From NCBI RefSeq assembly GCF_009914755.1, contig NC_060933.1: a stretch of DNA of 64,000 nucleotides; one strand, 5' to 3'. The notes under the pieces were generated by a model. It was not told the DNA's origin. It saw only the letters and a list, made by a program, of their open reading frames with translations, and ran no database searches. Position 1 is the stretch's first letter; every line of letters starts with the position of its first letter. The position numbers and the translations under genes were made by a program. This DNA is from the human T2T-CHM13v2.0 reference genome, Homo sapiens. Positions 26,136-38,450 of the stretch are shown here, one piece after another.

Positions 26136-26619
26136 TTAAAATTGGAAATTAATGCCTAAACATCCATGATGAGGCAAATATCAAAATTTTAATTAAGTAA
26201 AGGCAGGAAATGTAAGATGACCCTGAGGGTCTTACAAAGGAGAGGGGCCAGTGTAACAAATTATGGCAAACTCCACTCAGGCTATAAAATTCTTACCCTA
26301 GAAAATAAAAAGTTCTGACCTGCTCCTCTACTCTTTGTAGGCAACACTGCTCATTTCTCTTTTCAGCAACACAAGTCAAGGTGGGGTCTTGAGGAAGGGC
26401 TTTCAGTAAACCAAAGTTAAATAAAATTATCTCAGTGTCACTGAGTCACTGGAAATGTCAGACATGGCACTTCTCCCAGATAAAACAAAGTAGGGATCTT
26501 GAAAGCATTGCTGAGTTTGCTTCCTTTAAAGCTAGGGAAGTAAGATCACAACATTCTTGTTTTGGTATAAAGTATTTAAAATAATGCTGTTGAGTTTTAA
26601 CATACCTGAATTATGGTTT

Positions 26620-27290
26620 CAGCGACACTGGCGTCTGAAGCTGAAAGCTTAGCTCCTGGCACACCCTGGGGCAGGCACGGGCGCCTCTCTGCTCCTGGCC
26701 CGGTGCGCGGCGTCCCCAGCCCCGGGCGCTCCCAGGACCCGTCCGCTCGCCCCAGGGTCCAGCGTGTCCCCTTCCCCAAGACGTCCCCGCCCTGCGCCCC
26801 CACACAAACGGAATCCCCAAGATTAAACCCGTGCGATCTCGAGCCCTCAAGTCCCGGAATCAACGGGTCCCTCTGTAAAAACAAGTCTCGCTGAAGTCTC
26901 TATGGGAAATAAAAGCCCCAAACCCAGGGGAAAATCCCGAAAATAAAAGGTGCCCTGCTGGCTACCTGAGGAAGATGTCTCAAGGGAGACCACGGCGGAG
27001 CTGCCTCCTGAGCAGCAAAAGAGATTTTTTTACTCAGGTCGAAGCTGCACAAAGTTGGCGCGATAAGCCGCGACGACGTTTCCCTGGGGCTGCGGGACGC
27101 CCCGAAACTCAAACCCGCGGTTCCCAAATCCTGGGCATCAGGAAAACCCATTCTGGCGCCTTGCTGCGGCCGTGGTGCGCAGCGCTGGGAGCTTTGCGCT
27201 CTTTGCGCAGCGGGCCCGCGCCCCTTCGAGGCCGGCTAGTGAATCTCTGAAATCACAGTGGCCTACACCTCCCTGGTAATGGCGGGAGTC
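26620..27290. promoter_or_regulatory. CpG island immediately upstream of the IFN-delta-like pseudogene
   Basis: About 670 bp of dense CpG (cggtgcgcggcg, cgcgacgacg, gcggccgtggtgcgcagcgc, gcgggcccgcgcccc). Confidence 0.85.
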
Positions 27291-27825
27291 ATCATGCTCA
27301 TCTCCAGCGCTGCCTGCTCACTTGGCAGGGACAAGTCTTGGAGCCATGGCTAGAAAACAAGGAAGGCAGGAGGAAACCTCAGTGCTATTCACACAGCTGA
27401 AAAGTATCCCCTCTCAATCATGCCTAATGACAGAACCCACTTCAAGTTTTCTAGGAAACGAGGAACTATCACCCAAATCCAGAAGACAGGAGACATCCGT
27501 TTCCACCGTCAGCTGCTCCAGCAGATCTTCAGCCTCTTCCCCAGGGACGACACACTGGCTGTTTGGCATAAGATCCTCCTCAATAAACGACTCTCCAGAC
27601 TTGATCACAGTCTGGAACGACTGCAGCTGACAAAAGTACATTTCTGCAAAAGTAGAAAATCTATCTTGTCTCTATTTAGGAATTGCTGTCTGGAAATATT
27701 TCCAAAGAATCATTCCCTATGTGAAGTAAAGGGAATAAGGCCTCTGTGCCTGGGAGGTTGTCAGAGGGGAAATTGAAGGGTGCTTTTCCCTAGTTAACAA
27801 TCCTCAAAGAAAAGACAGCAAATAA
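27258..27825 (+). pseudogene. IFNA12P: Interferon-delta-like pseudogene
   Basis: [112 protein letters not shown]; stops and frameshifts. Symbol from recalled position. Confidence 0.85.
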
Positions 27826-28145
27826 ACAAGAAAGTTATTATATATTCATGACTCTCTCTAATCAATTACATTATTGTTTTCTGAGCCAAAAAAGCAATGT
27901 CATCTCAGATTTTTTAACCAGCTAGAAAAATCTGAAACCAAAATCAGTAGATTATATCAAAATTATATTGTGTATTACAAATTTATAAAAAATATTTGCA
28001 GAAAAGAACACGTATTAGTTTCTTAAGATGATCATTTATTATTTTATTTATCTGCTTAAATCTTTGAGGGGTATTTGCTGTTTCCAAAGTTGAAAATTTA
28101 ATTTTTTATGGAAAAGTTTCTTCAGGATAGTATTTTAAAAGACTT

Positions 28146-28570
28146 TGTCAGTTAAGTTGATGAGAGCTGCTGTAACAGATAAATAGAAAACAATTAGTAA
28201 TTAGATCAATATGCAAATTTACCTTTCCTTCCTATAAAAGCTCAATGCAGGACTTCCTGCTCAGATGACTCGGGTTGGCTATTCAGGGATCTGAGTACCT
28301 TTTATTTTGTGGCTTTGCTATCTTCAACATATAACCCCAAATGTGGCTGTGGTGCTTCAATCTATTTTAGTCAATTGCAAAGGTTAAACTGTGTGGTACA
28401 TCACGTGGAGTTGTTTTCACACGTTACAGGGCAAGATACACATCTTGCCAAGATGTTACAGGGCAAGAATCTCTTCCAACCAAATTAACTTGGCCTGGAT
28501 TTATTCTCACAGGATACCAAGATGCAAAGAAGTTGTGAAAGGGAGTCCAATTGGGTGACTAGTAGGAAAA
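28146..28570. mobile_element. Old MLT1-type MaLR LTR
   Basis: tgtcagtta...agctgctgtaacaga, attcagggatctgagtacctttta ttttgtggct; weak, highly diverged. Confidence 0.4.
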
Positions 28571-29820
28571 GAAGGCAAGTTCTTTGAATAAGATTAATCT
28601 TCATTTTTATAATATTTGTACAAATGCTATTTTTGGAGGAAAAACAACCAATGTTTTTGCTCACATATTCTATTAAAAACTCTCTTCCAAAATCTGATTT
28701 CACAATTCAAACGCAGGGAAGTGGACACAGATGTCATTTATTAGAGTTTATGGCATCATTGACTCTTTGAAAGAAAGGGTTAAACTGGTTCCCAAAGCCA
28801 TTGGCTAAAGTTGAAAAAAGACCAAGAGTATGGGATAAGGCCTTGGAACACATTGTAAAATTGAAATTGTTTCCTTATTGTCTGAGGAGACAAGGAAACT
28901 ATGACAGGTATCTCTGCAGGTACTTGAAGACCACTGAAAGAAAAGTGGAGAGGGAATTTTCCATTTGTCCAAGTCATTTTTTCTCATTCAGATATTCTAA
29001 TTATTAAAAATACAAACTTGAAAATGATTCTACAAGCAAGTGGCTGTTCTTTCTTTGAATATTCCACATAATTTTCAATGATAACTTCCAATGAAGAACC
29101 TTGAAGAATTTACAAATTATCTTTTGATGTATTTTCCTTTCAAATTATGTATCTAATATGTATTGGTAATATTCTTTCCACTGGTTTTATAGTGATTACT
29201 CTTTTTCATGAATATTGGCTGAGCTCCTGAAATGATAGGGACTGGGCCAAGATGCCAGGGAAAAAGACTAGATAAGATGACGTGTCTGCCCATAAGTATC
29301 TTATGGAGTCCTGATAAAATATTCTAAAGAGAAAATAGGTCAGATCACTAAAGGCAACATCTCAGACAGCAAAAAAAGAGAAAATTATAACCATGCCTAA
29401 GGGAGAATAAGAACACTACCAGGCAAAAACATCTGACCAAGGACTCAAAATCCAAAATCACGGTTTTTTCACCTGAAGTAGCACTTTGAATATTACATGC
29501 CAAATTTTGGAAATCAAACAGAAATGGACCTCACTATCACATGGAAAATGGATGGAGATAACAAGAAGCAAATGGTCATTCATCTATTTTTTGTACAAGG
29601 AGAATCTTAAAAAATCACTGGATAAGGCGACATAATTATCACATTATTTAAGACACACTTAAAAAAATGGAAGGCCAAACGGAAGGAGTAAAGGCATAGT
29701 TTGCTCCAATTCTAGGCCTGTTTTTAGCAAGTATCTTTCCACCTATGCAAACACGTTATTTTTTTCCAACCCCATTTCTTTAGTTCTCTCCATATATTGC
29801 CCATCATGTTTGCCCGGTTT

Positions 29821-32680
29821 CTCAAAACAAGTGGTAAAATTAACTCAGCAGCAAACTCTGCTGGCCTGCAACATAAAAGGCATCAACCAGCTGGCAAGTC
29901 AGGTGACTCAGAGACTTTGGTATCACAGTCCTCCTCCTATAATACACTGGACTCTCCTCATTTCTCCAGAAGACCTTCCATTCCCACTTTTAATCCTTTT
30001 AGTGAGCCCTTCTAGATGTGGTCTCCCTGAGCTCTGAGCCTTAGTTCATTGGTTTAGTTCTGATTTAGCTCATGTCTCTAGCTTGTCATTGCTTAGTCTT
30101 AAACTTGGGCTAAGATAGAAATCTAAGGCCTTACGGATATTTGAATAAAAGGATAGAAATATGCAGGTTTTTACGGAGTTGTTTATGGATATATTACTAG
30201 GGTGAACAAAGAGTTTTGCAACTACATTCAAGTTTATGAATATACATTCTCAAAAAAACAAAACTAGTATATAACATGTAAATAAATTGGGGCCCATCTT
30301 TATTATAATGTAACATATCAGGCATAAACAAATAGGGCTTTTCAGTGAGGGAGAGGGTGAAGGAGCTGAAAAGAAAGGCCGTGACCTTCTTTATGTAGAA
30401 CTGTACTAAGAAAACATTGACCGGGGTCTAGAAACCAGCTCTGGGTCTTATGGCCAGAAATAATTCCCAGGGAACATGTAAGAAATGAGGATTTAGAGTC
30501 AGATGTTTTGGGTTCCAACTGTAGCTCCACAACTCAATAGCTCCCTGTGCTTCTGGGTTTTCCTTTTGTAAAAAAGGACAACAGTACAACCTGTCAGTGT
30601 CTGCTTTGGTCACTGATATCTCTAGCAACTAAGTAGGGATGGGCATATAGTAGATGTTCAATAAAAATGAAAATGAGGGTATTTCTCATTGAATGAAGTG
30701 AAAATAGTTTTTGTAAGTGCTAAGAACAATATCTGATTGATAGCAAACATGATAAAATTTAGCAACTTTTTATTCTTCTTATTAGTGTTATCATTATTGT
30801 CCTTTTAAGTCAAGATAAGTTTCCTTTGAGATCATCTATTCCCTGGCTTCTTGTTAGATAGATATATTAGTCAGAGTTCTCCAGAGGGACAGAACTAAGA
30901 AGATATGTTTATATATAAGAGGGAGTTTATTAAGGAGAATTGACTCACACGGTCACAAGGTAAAGTCCCACCATAGGCTGTCTGCAGGTTGAGGAGCAAG
31001 GAAGCCAGTGGTGGATCAGTCCGTGTCCCAAAACCTCCCAAGTAGAGAAGTCAACAGTGCAGCCTTTAGTCTGTGGCCAAAGGCCTGAGACCCCCTTCCA
31101 AATCACTGGTGTAAGTCCAAGAGTTCAAAAGCTGAAGAACTTGGAGTCTGATTTCAAAGGCAGGAAGCATCCATCAGAAAGATGAAGGCCAGAATACTCA
31201 GCAAGTCTCCTCTTCCATCTTCTCCTCCCTACTTAATTCTAGCCATGCTGGCAGCTGATTAGATGGTGCCCACAGTGACTGAGTGTGGGTCTGCCTCTCG
31301 CAGTTCACTGACTCAAATTTTAATCTCCTTTGGCAATACCCTCACAGACACACCTAGGAACAACACTTTGCATCCTTCAATTCAATCAGGATAACACTCA
31401 ATGTTAACCATCACAACAGATAACACGCAATATACTGATCTTCTGAGTTTATCTGTCTACTAGTGGAGAACTTGAGATAATTATACTTGTCCATTCTACA
31501 GACAGAATATTGTGCTCTTACAAATTTGCCTTTCTGGTGCACAGTGTCTTATGTTTGGTTCATCACCCTCAACTGTCTAGTAAGGCTGAATTCACTAAAG
31601 CTGAAAACATCCCCTTGGACCAGTAATGATTACTTTTCTTTGAGCTCCTGCCCATTTGCTACCTTTGTTCTACATCTCTTGCACCATTTTGCTTCTGCTC
31701 TTCCTCACCCCTTAATGTCCATCTAATCTGGGCTGAATATCCAAGTTATATTTTGTTAGTTGTTTTTCTCCTTTGGGATATTACTTCCATTCTTATGTTT
31801 TTATCACATTTAGGTATACATTTGTTTTCTTTTTGCTCTCATTTATTGGGATACAAAAAGCAACAACTTTTGCTTTCTGTGAAAAAGGAAATGAGAAAGA
31901 TATCTGGTATCCTGCATGCTATGTACAACAATTGCACACCTCATTTACTTTATCATACTTAGATATTATTATTTACCTTAGGAAACAGATGGCTTTTTTT
32001 ATTTTATAAGAATGAACTAGAATTGGGATGTCCCCAGGTTCTTTGGGAAATCTAAACATTAATGCAAAAATTGTTTTGAAAAATATAATTGATGTTTTCT
32101 CAATTGTGTATTCTCATTGGGGATGATATTGCTCCTAAGGGCACAAACCTTAGTTCTTGTGGTGTGAACAAATTGTAGATATTATATTCGTTTATGGCCC
32201 CTCAATGCAGAACTCTAAGACAACCCTATCCTGTAGTGTTTATTTTCTTTCACTTGGTTTTCTTATGTATTACATGAAAAGACTGATATTGAGTTCATGG
32301 AAGATACACAAAATGTATGTGAGATTAGTGTTGCAAACCAATGTGAAATAGATGGTTGTCACTGGTGGACTTTCCACTATGTGCTCAATCTCAGAGTCAT
32401 ACCATGTGATGTGGTCTCCATCGGCATATGAATGGGCTGCCATTGGCTGTCTTGGGTATGTAGCTTATGTTTGATCCTCAGTGCTTTCAAGTGTATTATA
32501 CTCTTTTATACAAATGTTTTTATTTTATGATTAAATTGTATAAAACTTTTTCAAACATCACTACTTATAGGAAGTGCTGAAAAGAAAAATATGTTGACTA
32601 TATCTGGATGAAAATCTAGCAGTTAGTGAAGGTAAAAATCATTTTCTATATGAAGCAAAGCTAAAAGTTAAGTATAATAA
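29821..32680 (+). repeat. IFNA upstream block, direct paralogue of about 59726-62039
   Basis: Colinear matches, e.g. 29869-29911 vs 59775-59817 (42/43 identical), 32290-32320 vs 61668-61698, 32617-32677 vs 61981-62039. Confidence 0.9.
30863..31415 (-). mobile_element. MLT2A (HERV-L) solo LTR
   Basis: Minus strand begins TGTGATGGTTAACATTGAGTG...GATTGAATTGAAGGATGCAAAG and ends GAACTCTGACTAATATA; TSD ataga/acaga; absent from the paralogue near 60810. Confidence 0.85.
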
Positions 32681-33180
32681 ATTAAATGTTATAGGAATAA
32701 TTTAATTTTAAATAGCCCCTTAGCAGTTTTGGGAGATTTTTAAGTATTTTTATTTTTTTGATATTACATATTTTATATAAGTATTTTTATTATATTGGTA
32801 TTATATATTTTCATATATTATAACTTTGCATGTTTCACTTGATTCATTAATATTTATATAAGTATATACACTAGAAGTCACTCAGCAAATAACTTTTATA
32901 AAGTTAAATGCCAATAGCTTTTAAATTTAACTTTTGACATAAAATTTTTACTTATTCTTAATGCTGCATTGCATAAAAAAGTAAACTGTCCACTTTGTTC
33001 TCTAAAGCATGGATAGGAATGTAGTACATTCAAATATGTGCATAATATATCTGTGTTATTAAATTATCAGGAGGGGTTTACTTAGAAAAAAATTATCAAA
33101 CAGGACTCTGGAGGTTGAGAAAGGGAATGCAGTAATGAAAAGAAAACTGGTTGAGAAACACTTTCCTAAGCCCATGTAGA

Positions 33181-33266
33181 GAGTACATAAAGGAAAGCAA
33201 AAACAGAAGTAGAAAAAAAAATGCAGTAGCATTCAGAAAATGGAAACAAATATGTTCCCTATATAA
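33181..33266 (+). promoter_or_regulatory. IFNA8 promoter: VRE and TATA box (TATATAA 33260-33266)
   Basis: GAGTACATAAAGGAAAGCAAAAACAGAAGTAGAAAAAAAAATG...CAGAAAATGGAAACAAATATGTTCCCTATATAAGG. Confidence 0.9.
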
Positions 33267-33350
33267 GGCGGTGTACAAACCAAAGTCTTCAGAGACCCAG
33301 GTTAAGGGTCATCCATCTGAACCAGCTCAGCAGCATCCACAACATCTACA

Positions 33351-33920
33351 ATGGCCTTGACTTTTTATTTACTGGTGGCCCTAGTGGTGCTCAGCTACAA
33401 GTCATTCAGCTCTCTGGGCTGTGATCTGCCTCAGACTCACAGCCTGGGTAACAGGAGGGCCTTGATACTCCTGGCACAAATGCGAAGAATCTCTCCTTTC
33501 TCCTGCCTGAAGGACAGACATGACTTTGAATTCCCCCAGGAGGAGTTTGATGATAAACAGTTCCAGAAGGCTCAAGCCATCTCTGTCCTCCATGAGATGA
33601 TCCAGCAGACCTTCAACCTCTTCAGCACAAAGGACTCATCTGCTGCTTTGGATGAGACCCTTCTAGATGAATTCTACATCGAACTTGACCAGCAGCTGAA
33701 TGACCTGGAGTCCTGTGTGATGCAGGAAGTGGGGGTGATAGAGTCTCCCCTGATGTACGAGGACTCCATCCTGGCTGTGAGGAAATACTTCCAAAGAATC
33801 ACTCTATATCTGACAGAGAAGAAATACAGCTCTTGTGCCTGGGAGGTTGTCAGAGCAGAAATCATGAGATCCTTCTCTTTATCAATCAACTTGCAAAAAA
33901 GATTGAAGAGTAAGGAATGA
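33351..33920 (+). CDS. IFNA8: Interferon alpha-8 precursor (189 aa)
   Basis: Intronless [47 protein letters not shown]...[14 protein letters not shown]...[20 protein letters not shown]...[10 protein letters not shown]; these motifs are diagnostic of IFNA8. Confidence 0.99.
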   Translation: MALTFYLLVALVVLSYKSFSSLGCDLPQTHSLGNRRALILLAQMRRISPFSCLKDRHDFEFPQEEFDDKQFQKAQAISVLHEMIQQTFNLFSTKDSSAALDETLLDEFYIELDQQLNDLESCVMQEVGVIESPLMYEDSILAVRKYFQRITLYLTEKKYSSCAWEVVRAEIMRSFSLSINLQKRLKSKE

Positions 33921-34133
33921 GACCTGGTACAACACGGAAATGATTCTTATAGACTAATACAGCAGCTCACACTTCGACAAGTTGTGCTCTTTCAAAGACC
34001 CTTGTTTCTGCCAAAACCATGCTATGAATTGAATCAAATGTGTCAAGTGTTTTCAGGAGTGTTAAGCAACATCCTGTTCAGCTGTATGGGCACTAGTCCC
34101 TTACAGATGACCATGCTGATGGATCTATTCATC

Positions 34134-34155
34134 TATTTATTTAAATCTTTATTTA
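34134..34155 (+). promoter_or_regulatory. AU-rich element in the IFNA8 3'UTR
   Basis: tatttatttaaatctttattta. Confidence 0.75.
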
Positions 34156-34338
34156 GTTAACTATCTATAGGGCTTAAATTAGTTTTGTTCATATTATATT
34201 ATGTGAACTTTTACATTGTGAATTGTGTAACAAAAACATGTTCTTTATATTTATTATTTTGCCTTGTTTATTAAATTTTTACTATAGAAAAATTATTTAT
34301 TCTTTAAAATTGAACTCCAACCCTGATTGTGCAAACTG

Positions 34339-34344
34339 ATTAAA
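34339..34344 (+). terminator. Candidate IFNA8 polyadenylation signal ATTAAA (another at 34270-34275)
   Basis: Variant hexamers about 350-420 bp past the stop codon. Confidence 0.5.
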
Positions 34345-37300
34345 GAATGGATGGTACAATTCCTTTATCCATGCTTATTACATTCAAATTATAAGTAAAA
34401 ATGAACTTTGTCTAAATTAGGTTGTATGTTGCCCTCAAGATATCCAGGTGAACATAACAAATACAATTCCCGCTCTCTCATATCTTTGTTTTTTGTTGGG
34501 AAAGAAAACTAAAAACAGTAATCATACTTAATATCAGTTATGTCTAATGCTATCATGAGAAGAAAGAACCAATGAATTTATCTCACCAGAAGGTAGACCA
34601 AGGCATGTGAGGAAATAAAAATAAACGCAGAGATATCCTCTATATGCTAACTGGTAGACATCTAAGTGAAAATGTGCACTACCAGTTGGATATATGAGTT
34701 TGCAATTAATAAGGAATGCAATTGCTAGAGGTTCATATGCAGTAACTGAAAGCCCAGAAATGGAGGATCTCATGTGGGGAGAGAGTGTCGAGGGAGAAAA
34801 TGGCTTAAACGTGATTCTGAGGACCTTCCACACTTAAGAAAGGAAAGAGAAGAGCCACAAAGAAACAGATGGAAAGGCCACACATTAGAAGGACAACAGG
34901 AGAAAATACTAGGAAAAAAAGTTTAAGAAAATTAATATTCTTAAAAGAGTTATCAGTAGATTTACAGAAGATATACATTGAAACTGTCCACTACCTCGGG
35001 AAAATAGATGGCACTGGCAACCTTATGAGAGTTATTATGGTAAAATAAATCAGAACAAACCATACTGTAGTGGCTGGAAGTATAAATAAGAGAAGTTAGT
35101 GACTCTGAAGAGGGCAAAAAAATAGGATGTGATGGGGGAAAGAATGTGAGTTACTTTTTCTGTGCATAGTATTTCCTTTATTAATATTTTTCTGGATAGA
35201 TTTCATGTAACTGATGTACTAGCAAATCATATTAATATACTTAATATATTATTTTAAATCATGATATATTATTTACAATTATAATTTATTATTGTTTTAA
35301 TTAATACTACTTTGGCTATCAGTAAGCTACCTAGTTTCTGTTCATCTGTTAGGGAGTAAGAGATAACTAATTCGATCCTTCACCGAAATAATTAATGATG
35401 ATAATATAATGACACCTGGAAGTATTGGCCTTATTTGTTGTTAACTTGCATCATTGTCACACTGGTTTACTACAGTTCTTCTGCACCTTTACAATCCATC
35501 TTAATTTCTTGTAGTGCTAGATATAAGAATTCTTTTATGTTACACTTTGGTAATTCTTCCTGATTTCATGAATATTGTAGTCTTAGATCAATCCAGAAAG
35601 AACCGAATTACTATGGACATAAAGACTGACAAACATCCTTCACAAAATAAAAGTGGGAAACAATCAGAGACTTTCTTTCTCAATACGTAAGGTAAAGAAA
35701 AAAACTGGTCAACATCAAGTGAAAATACATGAACCACGCATATTCAGAGAGCAAGGAAGAGTTATGTATAATTCATGAATAAAAGGAGATTTAGCAATTA
35801 TAACAGAAATCTGGAATACAAAACTGACAAAATCACCCATCAATTACATTAAAGAATTTGATACTGAAATTTCATTCTGCTGGGAGGTAGGTGTATTGTT
35901 GATCATTCTGCTTAATCTCTTTGAGCCTTAGTTTTCTCATAGAGCCTTAGTTTTCTCATAAATAAAATGGTTTCAAAATATTTATATAGTTGTGAGTATT
36001 AAAGGAACACATGCATTTTAAAGCACCTACGATAATATCTTTTATCGAATAAGGAGTTAAACTATGGTAGGTATTTTCCTATTTTTCTTCATACAGCTGT
36101 AGATGGTAATATTATTTGTCTTTTTATAAAATTCTTAGGAACTATGTCCTATATTTTAGTAACGGACCTCCAATGGAAGGAGATTAAGAAAATGAGAATT
36201 CTAGAGAGGCTGAAAAATTGTCAATCCTCATTTCAAAGATGTGTCCTATTTATATGCAGTCAGGGAATGGTGGCTGCTCCTTTTCCTGAGATAGGAGAAG
36301 AAGCATCTAGTTTGAACTGCAGAAGACACATGATGTTTATTGACTGATTCTGGCACCTGGTACATTCCTTCCCTGGCTCTCAGCATTCCAGGATGCAGTC
36401 TCATATCACCAGGGTTTCCTTGATCATTCACTCCCTTTATCCTTCTGCCCATTCACACAGAGCTGCTTTCTGTTCTGTTGTGGTTCTGGCTTCATGGTTT
36501 CCCTAAATAGCAGAAAAGTAAAAGTAGAAAGCAGAAGTTAAATAAAAAAGACAGTCACCTGGGACCAAGTGTAACAAGAGCAGCAACCAAGACTGGAGGG
36601 CAGGTTTCTGATCTATGGAGAAATCCTACCAGTTCTGGAGATTTCTCTTTGTGCTGCAAAAAAGCTACTTATTGGCGAGAAGAGACGCTAATGTTGTCCA
36701 AGTTTGTTCCTTATCCCTGGTCTATTACAAAGAGAATGAGTTTCCAGGTACAGTCAAGGCATGGACTCCTTGGGATTCGCAGTGATAGGGACACAGAGAT
36801 GTAATATCTGCCCACCCTACTGTGCAGAACAGTCTACTCCCCAGGATCACCCCATCCTCATACATTGGGACTCCAGGGCACAGGTAGGGCTGCCGTTTTG
36901 TATTGGAACTTAATACTATTCACAGAAACCTCATGTTTAATGGTGCATTAAACCAGCAGTACAATCTTAATTTCACAGATTTAATCCTAATATCAGAGTT
37001 CAAACATTAACAAATTAAAACATTTTCTCACTGTCATTTTGAATAATGATCTTTCCAGTTCTTCCACTCAACAGTAAAACCCCTGCCCAGTTAGAAAAAG
37101 GAAGAATTCCCATAGAAGCTAAGGAATGTGAAAGAATAGCATTACTGTTCCCTGAGAGCTGGCGAGGTCTATTTATTCAAATGTATCAATTTTGGTAGAG
37201 ATTGAGAGGCATTCCTATAATTGACACCATATATTCTGGAGTTATTTCACTAGGAAGTGTGTGTGAATTGCTGAGGTAGCAGGGAGGGAGAGCCTACAAC

Positions 37301-37471
37301 TGCACAGGGGCCTCTTGAGTCTTTTCCTCCAGCTACACACTCAACATCTGGATTTGCTGCTTTCAGACTGGGAGTTGACCAGGGCCTTAGACAAATTACA
37401 AAAAATTGTATTGTTTGCAGTCTTCTTCTGTCCTCTAGAGGGGAGGATGGAGAAATTTAGGAGTGACCAAC

Positions 37472-37743
37472 AGGGAGGTAATTGAATCATGGGGGTCGGT
37501 CTTTCCCATGGTGTTCTCGTGATAGTGAATAAGTCTCATGAGATCTGATGGGTTTATCAAGGGTTTCTCCTTTTGCTAATTCCTCATTTTTCTCTTGCCA
37601 GCACCATGCAAGAAGTGCCTTTCACCTCCTGCCGTGATTCTGAGGCCTCCCCAGCCATGTGGAACTAACTGTAAGTCCAATTAAACCTTTTGTTCCTAGT
37701 TTCAGGTATGTCTTTATTAGCAGCATGAAAACAAAGTAATACA
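37472..37743 (+). mobile_element. THE1A-like LTR, 5' truncated
   Basis: gggaggtaattgaatcatggggg...gtgatagtgaataagtctcatgagatctgatgg...agtaataca. Confidence 0.85.
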
Positions 37744-38450
37744 TCTTCCCTCTCCTTTCTTTAAGCAGAAGGAAGGGTCTCATTTGGAGTTCTGAACTGT
37801 GCTTCCTGGGGTTACGGGAGAAGTGTTGCAAGTACTCCTTTAACCTTTGTTGCTGGTGTCTCAGTAGGTCACATGCCCCCTTCCTGTTCGCTGCCTCTGA
37901 ACCCAGCTCAGCACTAGGAGTTGCTTAGAAATTACAGTCCTTGTGGCCTAGGCTGCCTTTCAAGTTTATTTAGGGTCCCAGAGCCCTTTAGTCCATGGTG
38001 GGGAGGTTTGCTGGAACTCAATCTCCCATCACTGGGATAGGACATTTCCCTCTGGCTAGGGCTGGTTCAAATGCTCCCTCTATGGGCAGGCACAGCTGAG
38101 TACAGCCCTGTGCTGCTTTCTGCTGTCAGAGGGCAGCCATGAATTTAAGGCAAAGTCTCACACGTACTGTACTCTCCCTCTCCCAAGTGCACAGATTCTC
38201 CATGCCATGTGGCTGCTGCTAGGGATGGAGGCAGGGTGGGGATGGCAATTCAAGACTGTCTTTCCTACCCTCTCCAGTGCCTCTTTTAGTGATATAGAGT
38301 TAAAATCAGACACTGTGAGTGTTCACAAGATTTTTGGTTCCTATGAAGATGCTCCCTTTGCATAGACAGTTGTCAAACTTGATGTTCCTACCGAGAGGGT
38401 GGGACCATCGATGGTGCCCTTCATTCAGCCACCTTGCTCTACCCTCCATA
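37744..38450 (-). mobile_element. L1M 5'UTR fragment
   Basis: ggcctaggctgcctttcaagtttatttagggtcccagagccct, ggcaattcaagactgtctttcctaccctct resemble old L1 5' ends in reverse. Confidence 0.6.

Noticed and set aside
26597-27250. Several 80-95 aa Pro/Gly/Arg-rich ORFs
   Set aside because: Expected from stop-codon depletion in a CpG island; no homology recognised.
27420-27776. 118-aa ATG ORF inside IFNA12P as a possible truncated interferon
   Set aside because: It has no signal peptide or helix A and leaves the IFN frame before helices D and E; unlikely to be functional.
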